DNA of 64,000 nucleotides from NCBI GenBank assembly GCA_947474855.1, contig CANJKV010000002.1:20292-84291 (forward strand), read 5' to 3'. The stretch comes from Aurantimonadaceae bacterium (lineage in GTDB: Bacteria; Pseudomonadota; Alphaproteobacteria; Rhizobiales; Rhizobiaceae). The notes under the pieces are model-generated. The model searched no databases. It worked only from the letters and a program-made list of their open reading frames with translations, and had not been told where the DNA came from. Shown one piece after another: positions 9,439 through 19,476 of the stretch (positions within the stretch are counted from its first letter, which is position 1; each line of letters begins with the position of its first letter). The position numbers and the translations under genes are program-made.

Positions 9439-11841
9439 ATGGCAAGCAGCACTGACGGTCCAAGCTTCAGCGCGGCGCTGGCGTTCGTGCAGTTCGAGAT
9501 GGCACCGCGTTCGAGCGTCCAGGACAATGGCGCGCCGGCCGGAAAGAAACCGCCGCGCGTCTATGGGTATGCGCGATATTCGACAGAAGGCCAACTGGAG
9601 TCCAGTATCGATCGACAGATCGGCGCCATCGATGGACTGACTACACGCCTGGAACTGCCCAAGGCGACGATGTTCATAGACAGGGGCATTTCGGGCGCTC
9701 ATACGAAGCGACAGGATCTACAGGCCCTCCTTGCCGAGCTCGAGAAGTACCCCGGGTCCATCTTGATCGTCGAGTCGGGAGACAGGCTCTTCAGAAGCCT
9801 GCCGGCCTTCGCGGACATATATCAGCGCCTTCACGCGTCTCGAACGCAGCTCTTCGATGCCCACGGGGAGATCCCCGACATCATGGCTCCGATTCAGGCG
9901 ATCGTGGCGGCGGAGGAACGCAAGCGCATCAACAACAGGCTCGGCTCAGGAAGGCGTCGCGCCGCACTCGAGGGCAAGGCGATGGGGCCGACGCCCTTCG
10001 GCTATCGAAAGACTCCCTTCGGACGATTCGAGCCCGACCCGGAAACCGCGCCTTTGGTGGTCGAGCTCTTCGAGGAGCGCGCACGGGGAAGATCGATCCT
10101 CGAACTCGTCAGGAAGCTCTCCAGCGATGGCGTCCGCTCTCCTGGAGACAATGGTGGGTGGTCCGAGCCCACCCTGGCTCGCCTCCTCATGAACCCGATC
10201 TACGTCGGCGTCCGACGGAGCAAGTTTTCGCCCAATGGACTGATCCCAATTCCCGAGCTGGGCATCGTCGATCTCGAGACCTTCTCCAAGATTCAGTCCA
10301 ATAAGAAGAAAAATATCGAATACCATCAAGGTCGAAAGAACTACGAGCTTCGCGGCAACAGGGAACGCTACCTGCTGAGCGGACGCGTCGCCTGCCCGTC
10401 CTGCGGCACCTCGATGCGCCACAGGCATGGCCGCTTCCGCTGCGAGTCACGCCGACAAGGCTGGGGATGCAGTTCCAGCACCGGCTTCTGGGCTGTCGGC
10501 CTCGAGCTACGTGTCCTCGAGGGCATCGCCGAGATCGTGGGAGAGGCGTTCCAGGACGTCTATGCCGGCCTTCTCGAGACCGCGTTCGTCAAGGAAAACC
10601 AGCGGATCGAGGCCCAGCGAAGGGAGTTGACCCGGCAACTCGAGGAAGTCACTCGCGAGCACGAGAATGGACTTAACTTCGCCTTCAAGCACGCTGGCGT
10701 CATGCGGGAGATCGAAGAGCGGCTCGCGGCAAGCTTCGACCGTATCGAGGAGCTGCGGAATGCGTTGGCTTGCCTTCCCTCCTCCCGCGCCTTGGTGACG
10801 CTGGAGGAGACTAGCTTGGCCACGCTGGCGCAGGACCTTGAAAGCCTGCGAGACCGGATGCCGCTTCGATTCTCGAATCCAGATGACCGAGACATGCTGC
10901 TCATGATTCAGCGGCTCGTCGAGCGAGTTCATCCCAGCGTCGGAAGCGATGGCGGCATCTGCGTCAGGATCGTGTACGAACTGGGTCCGGCCTTCGGCAT
11001 AGCCTCGCACAAGATAGAGCGGAGTTTCACATACGGCGCTTCGGAAGATAGCGGGGGCATCAACGCTCGCAAGCGCGCCTCTGCGATCCACGCCGTTCGC
11101 AAGGAGGAACTGACGCTCAGCGACGCCGAATACGCATCGATCGATCGTGATCCGCGGATCGTCCTGGCGCTTCCCAACCAGACGAACCGTCGGATCATCT
11201 TGGATACTCTCGTGATCTCCGCCTCCTGCGCCACGAGCGTGGGAAAGGCTTCCGACGTCCTGAGCCTTCCCGTCGTCGCCATCCGCGACCAACTCGCCTT
11301 TCGCCGGAACGTCGCGGCATGCACGGCCTTGGCGGAAGCACTGGCCGAGCTTCGCCCCGACAGGAAGCATGATTTTTCTCGACTTGCTGTCAAGCAGAAG
11401 ACCGAGCGGTATCTTCGTAGCCGGTGCGAAGCCGTAGGACACCCTTTCCTGAGCCTGTCCGTCTGCTCCTATCGGGAAGCAGCCGGCGGCTACGGGCTGA
11501 CCGATCAAGAATGGGAGGTCGTAATCGGGCGCGTGACGGATCGATTTGGCAGCCCCTCCACCCGGAGCACTCTCCGCTCCGACATCGGCCATATCATTCA
11601 CGCGATAGCGGAGGACTGCCCATTCAACGATATACCGTTGCTGAAAAGCTCCGGGGCTGTGGATCTTCGCGTCAGACGAATGATCAGAAGCGGAGTCTTC
11701 TCGGAAATTACGAGATCCCTCCTTCTCTTCGAGCGTAAAACTCTCGACGTAGAAGCTGAAATTCCTGACGTCCCGGTCATGAATTACGCACCAAGGGGGA
11801 CAGGCAGCAGGTCACGGAAGACCAATACCGGAATCATCTGA
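9439..11841 (+). CDS. Large serine recombinase (resolvase/invertase N-domain + recombinase domain + zinc ribbon, long C-terminal extension)
   Basis: 'YGYARYSTEGQLESSIDRQ' carries the catalytic Ser motif. 'ILIVESGDRLFRS', 'GPTPFGYRK' and 'CPSCGTSMRHRHGRFRCESR' (zinc ribbon) are also present. The true start may be an internal Met. Confidence 0.9.
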   Translation: MASSTDGPSFSAALAFVQFEMAPRSSVQDNGAPAGKKPPRVYGYARYSTEGQLESSIDRQIGAIDGLTTRLELPKATMFIDRGISGAHTKRQDLQALLAELEKYPGSILIVESGDRLFRSLPAFADIYQRLHASRTQLFDAHGEIPDIMAPIQAIVAAEERKRINNRLGSGRRRAALEGKAMGPTPFGYRKTPFGRFEPDPETAPLVVELFEERARGRSILELVRKLSSDGVRSPGDNGGWSEPTLARLLMNPIYVGVRRSKFSPNGLIPIPELGIVDLETFSKIQSNKKKNIEYHQGRKNYELRGNRERYLLSGRVACPSCGTSMRHRHGRFRCESRRQGWGCSSSTGFWAVGLELRVLEGIAEIVGEAFQDVYAGLLETAFVKENQRIEAQRRELTRQLEEVTREHENGLNFAFKHAGVMREIEERLAASFDRIEELRNALACLPSSRALVTLEETSLATLAQDLESLRDRMPLRFSNPDDRDMLLMIQRLVERVHPSVGSDGGICVRIVYELGPAFGIASHKIERSFTYGASEDSGGINARKRASAIHAVRKEELTLSDAEYASIDRDPRIVLALPNQTNRRIILDTLVISASCATSVGKASDVLSLPVVAIRDQLAFRRNVAACTALAEALAELRPDRKHDFSRLAVKQKTERYLRSRCEAVGHPFLSLSVCSYREAAGGYGLTDQEWEVVIGRVTDRFGSPSTRSTLRSDIGHIIHAIAEDCPFNDIPLLKSSGAVDLRVRRMIRSGVFSEITRSLLLFERKTLDVEAEIPDVPVMNYAPRGTGSRSRKTNTGII

Positions 11842-11959
11842 ATGAACGGCCCTGGTGTATTGAGAAGGGACGATACGATCACTTCTCTCCAAAGGTTTCC
11901 GGATGACGATCGCACCCTTCCAATCGCCTGAGCCGCTCAAGCCCGCTGGCGCGCACCAT

Positions 11960-12145
11960 TGTCCTGCCGGCCGGGCTGCTCCGACACGCATCCTACTCGC
12001 TCCTCGCTCGAGCACGCCCTGAAAGCTATCGCCCGGCGAGATAGGCTGCGGCTCGGGCATGACATGCTGGCGTCGGCAACGCAGCAACCAGGCGTCGAGG
12101 ACAGAATCCAGAAGGCGTTTTTGGAACGTCTCGGGCGTCAAGAGG
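11960..12145 (+). pseudogene. IS5-family (IS427-group) orfA remnant
   Basis: The DNA 'gagataggctgcggctcgggcatgacatgctggcg' parallels 'gagatgggctgcggctcgggcatgacgtgttggcg' of the intact IS at 51.1 kb. The frame is broken. Confidence 0.5.
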
Positions 12146-12150
12146 CCACC

Positions 12151-12405
12151 GATCCCATGGACAGCCTCGACGTTCATCTTCACCCCTACGTCGCCAAGCG
12201 TCGCCTCACCAACGACCGCCAAGCCTTTCTGGAGATGGTGCGGCGGGTGAGCGACGCCCTGCCTGTCCGGCTCCTATACGAGCCGGCAGGCGCCCACCGT
12301 TGCGCCATCGAGCGCTTCTGCCTTGCGACCGGCTTCACGATCGCCAAGGTCGATCCGCGCTTGGTTAGGCGCGTTGCCGAGAGGGGTCGGAACCCAGGCC
12401 AAGAC
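12151..12405 (+). pseudogene. IS110-family transposase N-terminal fragment
   Basis: 'LDVHLHPYVAKRRLTNDRQAFLEMVRRVSDALPVRLLYEPAGAHRCAIERFCLATGFTIAKVDPRLVRRVAE' resembles the DEDD N-domain of IS110 transposases. There is no C-terminal domain. Confidence 0.45.
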
Positions 12406-12640
12406 CCATGCCGTCCATGCCACCCTGCTCGCCTGCATCGTCGCCATACTGGAGCCTCCCTTCAAGCCTCCAGCACCAGCATTCGGGAGGCAAAGGACCT
12501 TCTATCGCCCGTCACACCCTGCAAGCTCACGAATTCTCTGGCAGCCCATCATGATCGAAACGATCATCACATCGCTTGTCGACCGCCGAACCCAAATCAA
12601 TCAAGCAGAGGCGATGCGAACCTGCTTATCGCCGATGCTC

Positions 12641-13816
12641 CTATACATCTATCATGATCCGCCCGCGCTGAACGCCAAGAACTATCGGATCATCACCATG
12701 CCTGACGACAGACATGGGGTCCCCTTGTACGACCTCTTCGGAGTGAAGCGCCCGTCTGATCTCTCTGCCGTCATACACCAGAAGCGACTGTCCTGCCTCG
12801 CCTCGCCATCTCTGCACTATCGCTATCACCCGCTCGCCCCATTTGCCGAAATCCCTCTCTCCCCCGACGAGCGCGCAGAATGCCTCTCTTGCCTCGAACA
12901 TATCTCGTCGCTGCAGGATCTTCAGCGGAAGCGAGATGTTCCCATCGACTGTCAGATAGCCCCTCTCCCCTGTTGCCCGCACGAACGGCACCGTTACGGT
13001 AGGTCCTTGTATTTGATGCGATCGCGCTAGATGATCCCAGAATGTTGGAGACTCATCCCGGCCTTCGAAAGAATAACTTGACGACGACGTATAGTTCGAG
13101 CGCCGAGCAGCAATGTCAGACTCGACCTTCGCTTCGGAAGTGGACTTCGCAGACGACCGGCTGAAGATCAACTTCGTCAAGTCGGCATCGAAATGCACGG
13201 CGTAGAGCGCGACCTTTTCCGGAGGTATCGGGCGTCTGCCATTTTCATGCGCGATGTAACTGGAGATCGACCAAGAGAATGTCCGCGCCGCGTCTGATGC
13301 CGACTTGAACCCCGCCTCCATTCTACGTAGCCGCAACCAAGTTGCGATCGCGCTCATCGACATGTCCGGATCAGAAATGGTGCGCAGGGCTTCCTCGACT
13401 CTCTTGGACTTCTGTTCGGCATCGGTCTCAACCGTTCCCTCGACGAGATATCGGTAGCTGACTCCGAAAGCCTTGGCTGCTCCTTCGATCAGCTTCGTCG
13501 AGGCGTTCCTCTCGCCAGCCTCTGCAGCGCGATAGGTGGACTCTGGGACGCCGATGCGATCGATTATCTCTGACACCGTCAGGTGGCCGGCGGCGAAGCG
13601 CGCCGAGCGAAGGCGCTTCGGCAGCTCCAGGTTCTTCAATGGAGGATTGTTCTTTTTCACGTCGGCTCGCACTCGATCGGAGATCCATCGGCCCACCTTT
13701 CCGGTTTTTCGATCGACTGGGAAGACGGCTTGCTCCGCGCCATCTCCGGAGACCGGTTCATGGCTGCCGCTCGATCTGACACGATTCTCGGGATGGAACT
13801 CGGAACGCTTCGTCAT
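12641..13816 (-). CDS. Phage-repressor-like regulator with two XRE-type HTH domains and a C-terminal beta-rich domain
   Basis: There are two HTH segments ('LTVSEIIDRIGVPESTYRAAEAGERN' and 'FKSASDAARTFSWSISSYIAHENGRR'). The C-terminal about 120 aa has an S24/LexA-like layout but no clear Ser/Lys dyad. Confidence 0.7.
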   Translation of the reverse strand: MTKRSEFHPENRVRSSGSHEPVSGDGAEQAVFPVDRKTGKVGRWISDRVRADVKKNNPPLKNLELPKRLRSARFAAGHLTVSEIIDRIGVPESTYRAAEAGERNASTKLIEGAAKAFGVSYRYLVEGTVETDAEQKSKRVEEALRTISDPDMSMSAIATWLRLRRMEAGFKSASDAARTFSWSISSYIAHENGRRPIPPEKVALYAVHFDADLTKLIFSRSSAKSTSEAKVESDIAARRSNYTSSSSYSFEGRDESPTFWDHLARSHQIQGPTVTVPFVRATGERGYLTVDGNISLPLKILQRRDMFEAREAFCALVGGERDFGKWGERVIAIVQRWRGEAGQSLLVYDGREIRRALHSEEVVQGDPMSVVRHGDDPIVLGVQRGRIMIDV

Positions 13817-14000
13817 GAATCGTTAGGCGAAGGGCGGACGGCGATCGAGCCGGTTCTGCCTAGAGACAGACGCGGGCTGCAGCCGCTTGGATGTCGATCG
13901 CCGTTCATAAGGGCGCTCTTCCGAACTTTACGTGCAGCGGTCGGACCTCCCCAGGTCGGGCGACGCATGTGGGGTTCGGTCACGAGCCCGAGGTGCCGCG

Positions 14001-15577
14001 ATGTCCCGCCGCCTTGTTCCTTTCGTTCCGGATGCCATCGAGGTTCTCGACGTCTTCAGCGACCTGGACCGGATCGTGATCCGCGCCCGCGCGAAGTGCG
14101 GGAGCGGCCCGCTCCCTTGTCCGACCTGCCCCGGCAGAATGCGCGCTCATCCTGCACCTTTCTCTGCGCCGCTTCCCGTGCCGCAATCCGGCCTGCTCCA
14201 GGCAGACCTTCTGCGAGCCCATCGCCACCGTCGCTCAGCCCTTCGCCCGTCGGGGCGACACCCAGCGCCATCTCGGGCTTGCCCACGGCGGCGAGGCCGG
14301 CGAACGTTTGTCGCGGCGCAGCGGCCTTCCTGCGAGCGCCGACACGCTGCTGCGCCTCGTGCGGGCGGACCCGGGCATCGGAGTGCCGACCGTCTCGCCT
14401 CGGGTCTGGGGCATCGACGAGGTGGCTCGGCGCCACGGACGGCGCTTCGGCGCGATCCTCGTTGACCTGGAAGAGAACGCCGTTCTCGATCGAATGCCGG
14501 ACCGCGCTGCCAAGACGCCGTCTGCCTGGCTGAGGGCGCATTCCGGCATCGAGATCATTGCACGCGACCGCGTCGGAGCGCCCGATGCCCCGCAGGTGAT
14601 CCGCCGGTAGCACCTGCTCTGCGACGTGACCGCCGCCTTCCAGACGGTCGTCGCCGGCCAACACCGTAAGATCGGATCGATCGCCGCTGCGTTGCGCGAT
14701 GCCGTAGAATAGGATGCCTACCGGCAAGCCACAGCCGAGCGCTCTACAACCGGCTGCCAAGCGCCGGAGCTAGGCGCGCCACGTGCGCCGAGCCGCCACC
14801 TATGCCGAGATGGAGCGGCTCCTGGACGCCGGCAGCGGCCAGACAGAGGTTTGTCGCACTCTCGGCCCTGATCGCAGAACCGCCCGTCGCTGGATCCGGC
14901 GAAAGGGGCCGCCACGCTGGGCGACGCCCAAGCGCGCCACCGCCATCGATCCTTTCCGCGATCATCTCGAGCGACGCTGGCAGGAGGGTTGCCGTGACGG
15001 GGCGAAGCTTGCCCGCGAATGTGAGCGGCCGGGGTGGCCGACGTTCATCCTCGCGTTGTTCGAGTATGGGCAACGCGCCGGCGGCGCGAGGGCGCCGAGC
15101 GCCTCGACGCGGACCGATCCGGGACCGGCTGGAGAGCGCCGTCCACGAGGCGCACCGCACGGCTCCTGCAAGGCGATGTCGAGGCGCTCGCCCCGCCAGA
15201 CCGAACCGTCGTCGAGCATCTGCGACGAAGGATCCCCGACATGTGCGCCGCCGCGGATATCGTCAGCGCGTAGCCGAGCTCCTGCGCCGACGCTCGTGGG
15301 AGAACCTGGCTGGCTGTTCAAAGATGCCGCCGGCAGGTCCCCGACCCGGTTCGCTGCCGCGCTTCACCGCGACAGGGTCGCGCTCGCCGCAGCGATCGAA
15401 CCGCCTTGGACGACCATCTCCGTCCAGGGCCAGATCAGCCACCTCGATTCGATCAAGAGGAAGATGTTCGGCAGAGCCGGCTTTGACCTCCTGCCCCACC
15501 GCGTTCTCGCACCCTTCATGACGCGCTCCAGCAGCCGCCCCGCCCCATGGCATAACAGCCGCCGAGCATCGTTGTAG
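14001..15577 (+). pseudogene. ISL3-family transposase, multiply frameshifted
   Basis: ISL3-like segments occur in three different frames: 'LVPFVPDAIEVLDV...CPTCPGRMRAH', 'VWGIDEVARRHGRRFGAILVDLEENAVLDRMPDRAAKTPSAWLRAHSGIEIIARDR' and 'ISVQGQISHLDSIKRKMFGRAGFDLLPHRVL'. Confidence 0.75.
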
Positions 15578-15584
15578 AAAATCG

Positions 15585-15634
15585 GCTCACCGGTGCATTG
15601 ATCAACATCAACGCACCGGTGAGCTTCATTTTTA
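15585..15634 (+). terminator. Rho-independent terminator-like hairpin
   Basis: A 12-bp perfect stem, gctcaccggtgc...gcaccggtgagc, is followed by ttcattttta. Confidence 0.4.
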
Positions 15635-15880
15635 TAACATCTATTCTCCCAGTCACGAGGCCGATGATGAGCATCAGACAACCATGACGAAGGCGATTGT
15701 CCGGGAAGTGCTCCGCCCAGCGGCCGAGCCTGCGAGTCGCGTCGGCAATCGCCTTGGAACGCATGCCTCGCCACAGAGGAGAGCCGCGACCACGGCCTTT
15801 CATTCGAACCTTCATCCACTCAGAAGCACGTCCTCAGGCCTCCGCCAGAGCGATCCTTCAGCCCGTCACAGGAGTTCCTC

Positions 15881-16417
15881 TTGCAAGCTCTAGTCCTCGC
15901 CGTCCGGCCCGCACGCGTCACCAGCTACGCGATCGTGCAAGGCACCGCAGTCTACGACGCCGATTCCTGGCACCTGCTGGCGGAGGTGAAAACCACGGGT
16001 CCTAGGGCAACGCCGGCCGATCGCTTGGTGCCCTTGATGGAACGTCGGCTGGGGGACGTCATCGAAGGGTTCGCGCTCACCTATCCCCTGGACGCCATAG
16101 TCATCGGACTGGCCGACGATCCGGCATGTGGGGCGGAAGCGGATGCCCTGTGCGGCGCGGTCGAGCGAGCCGCCCTCCGGGCAAGCACGTGGTATCGGAT
16201 GGTGGCGGCCGAGCTCTGGCGTGAGGAGCTCGCCGATCGCCACGATCTTACCGACGTCGTCGCCGCAGCGCGAGCCGTGAGCGGCTCGTGGAAACGATCG
16301 AGAGCGAAGATCGACTCTCGGGAAGCCGCCGAGGCGGTCATGATGGGAGTCCACGCCTCTGGGCATCTTGGGATACCATGTCTCGATGCCATGCCGGACG
16401 GCGAATGTCCGGACTGA
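15881..16417 (+). CDS. Hypothetical protein (weak RNase-H/RuvC-like layout)
   Basis: This is a 178-aa ORF of non-Arg-rich composition. 'LVLAVRPARVTSYAIVQG...DAIVIGLAD' loosely recalls RuvC strands, but no catalytic Asp is evident. Confidence 0.35.
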   Translation: MQALVLAVRPARVTSYAIVQGTAVYDADSWHLLAEVKTTGPRATPADRLVPLMERRLGDVIEGFALTYPLDAIVIGLADDPACGAEADALCGAVERAALRASTWYRMVAAELWREELADRHDLTDVVAAARAVSGSWKRSRAKIDSREAAEAVMMGVHASGHLGIPCLDAMPDGECPD

Positions 16418-17668
16418 AGTCTTCGGGTCGCTCATGCACCCCGAGGCTGGCTCTCTTCGGGCCGGGACGGAGTCCGCCTTGCCCTCTGCCGATGAGCCGA
16501 CCGCGGAACGTCGGAACTCCGCTGGATCGAATCGAGCATGGAGGCAGGCTGTCGTCGAGTTTCCTGCCATCGGAGGCGCGCTCGCTTCCACGTCCCTTCT
16601 CGACGGACGGCGCTGACCAAACTCCGTGCGGCCGATGCCTCCCACCGGACATCGCGAGCCCTGCGGCGGGGAGAAGATCGGCCTGCCACACGGGAGGACG
16701 GACATGCCATAGGAGTGCGGCGAGCCTGCCGGTCCGATGCCGAAGGCAAGTCTGCGTGGAAAGTCGGGAATGCATGGGCCGACAACCGCGGCCGTCCGCC
16801 AGGGCACGGGTCATCCCGCCCGAACGGTCTCCTCGAGGCGGATCCTTGCCTCGGGAACGCATTTCGTGGCCGCGGCGGGCGCGAGCGCGAGCAGCAGGCC
16901 GGCCATGGAAGCCAAGCTTCGCTCCGGGGCAGCCAGGAGATGCATCCACGGGTGGGACGGCTATGATAGCTGTAAACAGCAGGAACCGCTTCCTGCGGAC
17001 GAGGTGATCGGCTCCCGCGGAGACCCAGGCGGTCAGCGGCTGCGCTTCCCTTCGCGACCGGGAGTTCCTGACGTGGAGGACCGGCCAGACGGTCGCCCAG
17101 CAGAACTGCGCCGGGCGTGCGCATAGATTCTCGCGCACCAGCCAAATTGCGTTGGCGGCACCATCACGGTCGGATTCCAGCGGTCCGATCGCGTCACCCA
17201 TCCGCAGCAGCGGATGCAGCGCCGCGACGTCGGGAGCCGCGAGCCTTCCGGCGACGACCGGGTCGACCGCGTCGACGGTGTCGAGAGCCCGTGCCATCGT
17301 GGCTCCGACGCGAGGTCGACGCCCGACGCGTGCCAAGCGGCCGTGGGCGTCGTCGCTTTTCCGACCGCCGGCATCTGCGCCGCGAGACGACGAGGGTGCG
17401 GCCCTCCCGCTGGGCATCGCGTCCATGTCCATGGTGAACTGTCGAGCATGCCCATCAGGCGAGGTCGCGGTGCAGCCTCGACGAGCACCTCGGCGCACGT
17501 CCTTGCTGGGAGCCGTCCGTCACGCTCGTGTCACGTGCTGAATGGGATCGCGTGTTCGACCTCGGCAGCGACAGGTTGACCGCGAGGTCGAGCCTCGACC
17601 TTCGCGCCGGCTCTACCCCGCGATCATCTCACCGGCAGGACGACACACCTCTCCGAGGAAACATATTC

Positions 17669-18670
17669 ATGACCAAGAAGATCAGCATCTTCAACAACAA
17701 GGGCGGCGTGGGCAAGACCACCTACATGTATCATGTAGCCCACCTGCTCGCTCGCGGCGGGCTGACGGTCCTGATGGTCGATTGCGACAGCCAATGCAAT
17801 CTCACGGCATATGCCTTGTCCGACGGTCGGATACGCAGGTCCTGGGGAGAGGACGGCAACAGCATCTACCAGAACATCCTTCCCGTCTATCAGACGACGG
17901 GCGACATCAGGCAGAGAGCACCGACGAGAGTCTCTGACGACTACGACCTGTTTCTCGTTCCGGGCGACCTGCGGCTGAGCAACTTCGAGGATCTCCTTGG
18001 CGACACCTGGAACTCCGCACGCGGCGGCTCCGAGCCCGCCATACGCGCCCAGGCGGCGATCCACAGGTACATCGAGTTCGCGGCCGAGCGGATAGGGGCG
18101 GACCTGGTGCTGATCGACCTCGGTCCGAACCTCGGGGCGCTCAATCGAGCCATCCTGGCGTCCAGCGACTACTTCATCATGCCCGTCGCGCCCGACCTGT
18201 TCTCGATCCAGGGGACGCAGAACCTGGGGAGGAAGCTCGTGGCATGGAGGCGCGAATGGGACCAGTGCAACAACGCCCGGGACCCGGGACCGCTTTCGGT
18301 GCCGACGGGACGTCCGACATACCTCGGCTACGTCATCCAGATGCATAACCAACGATCCTCCGCACCGAACAACATGACGGCCGGGTGGCGGATCTATGGG
18401 TCGAGGATCGAACCGGCGATCCAGGAAAACATCGTGAGGCTGCTTTCACCCGGAGATCAGGTGATCACCTGGGAGGACGGGAACTATCTCCTGGGACAGA
18501 TCCCGAACCTCCATAGCCTGATCCCGTATTCGCTGCGCGCCCGCAAACCCGTGTTCGACTGCACCCATGCCGACGGCCTGCGCGGAGATCACATCGCTCG
18601 TGCCCGCACGTCGGCGGTTCACTTCCAGGAGATCGTCGCGACGCTGCAGGAGGTGTCGACTTGGCCTTGA
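17669..18670 (+). CDS. ParA/MinD-family P-loop ATPase (orphan)
   Basis: 'KISIFNNKGGVGKTTYMYHVAHLLARGGLTVLMVDCDSQCNLT' carries the deviant Walker A, and 'LVLIDLGPNLG' and 'DYFIMPVAPDLFS' are present. The start is set at the ATG at 17669. Confidence 0.85.
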   Translation: MTKKISIFNNKGGVGKTTYMYHVAHLLARGGLTVLMVDCDSQCNLTAYALSDGRIRRSWGEDGNSIYQNILPVYQTTGDIRQRAPTRVSDDYDLFLVPGDLRLSNFEDLLGDTWNSARGGSEPAIRAQAAIHRYIEFAAERIGADLVLIDLGPNLGALNRAILASSDYFIMPVAPDLFSIQGTQNLGRKLVAWRREWDQCNNARDPGPLSVPTGRPTYLGYVIQMHNQRSSAPNNMTAGWRIYGSRIEPAIQENIVRLLSPGDQVITWEDGNYLLGQIPNLHSLIPYSLRARKPVFDCTHADGLRGDHIARARTSAVHFQEIVATLQEVSTWP

Positions 18671-19131
18671 CAGCTCGCCGCAGGTGAAGGGACCGGGCGC
18701 CGTGGCATGTCGCCCCTCGACCCAGCCGATGGCCCCCTTCCGCGAGCGTTCGACCATCACGGGGTTCCGGCGGCGATCTCCCGTCTCGATCCAGCCGGCG
18801 GCGGCGGCATCGCCCCTCGCGCAGAACGACAAGGCAACGGCCCCTCCACGGCCGTCGAAGGGTCGCCTGTGACGAAGCGGCCGGTTCATGAGTCCGGACT
18901 TCGCGTTTTCCCCTTGCCACAAGGGCGTCGGCCATCGTCGCGAAAGGCACGTTCCGGAGGGATCGCGGCTACGCTCCGCCTCACGTCGTGGCCGGCAGGG
19001 AGAAGAGGCTCCGCGACTTTCCCGTTTCGCTTTTCCGGACAGCGCCGGCGGCAACGAGACCGGTTGCCAGCAAGGCGTGGAACGATCTCGCCACCAAAAT
19101 CTTCATTGCATATCAGGTATCATGGTGCTAC

Positions 19132-19476
19132 ATGAGTGGGACTAGACCCGCTAACCCCGCACACTCCCCCGAGATGGTCGCCCGATTGGCTCGCGAGAGG
19201 AAGGTCGAATTTTTGTGGGGAGTGCTTCAGGATATTCTCGGCTTTGGCTTGGACCGAGAGGACATATGTGAGTGGTTCGAGGGCTTCGAAGCACATATCG
19301 CACGTCATGACTGCTTCTTCCGCAAGGCGGAGGCGACCCGAAGATATCCTCCCGGCACGATTTCCGACTATTACCAAGCCCGTGTCGACATGTGCCGCGG
19401 AATGATATTCGTGAAGTTCACGATCTATCGGGGAAAGCTTGTGGTCACCTCGTTCAAGGACCTCGACAATGGTTGA
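19132..19476 (+). CDS. Small hypothetical protein (possible toxin partner of the downstream MqsA-like gene)
   Basis: The ORF is 114 aa from the ATG at 19132. It overlaps the next gene by 8 nt. The C-terminal 'MIFVKFTIYRGKLVVTSFK' beta-hairpin resembles small TA toxins. No family was recognised. Confidence 0.5.
   Translation: MSGTRPANPAHSPEMVARLARERKVEFLWGVLQDILGFGLDREDICEWFEGFEAHIARHDCFFRKAEATRRYPPGTISDYYQARVDMCRGMIFVKFTIYRGKLVVTSFKDLDNG

Noticed and set aside
12323-13030. A 235-aa plus-strand ORF antisense to the repressor gene.
   Set aside because: It overlaps the better-supported minus-strand double-HTH gene and the IS110 remnant. Its composition and lack of motifs suggest it is spurious.
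16288-17541. Several 120-390-aa ORFs on both strands between 16.3 and 17.5 kb.
   Set aside because: They are mutually overlapping and Arg/Pro-rich, with no motif recognised. I could not pick a frame with confidence, so none is annotated (see the finding at 15881-17668).
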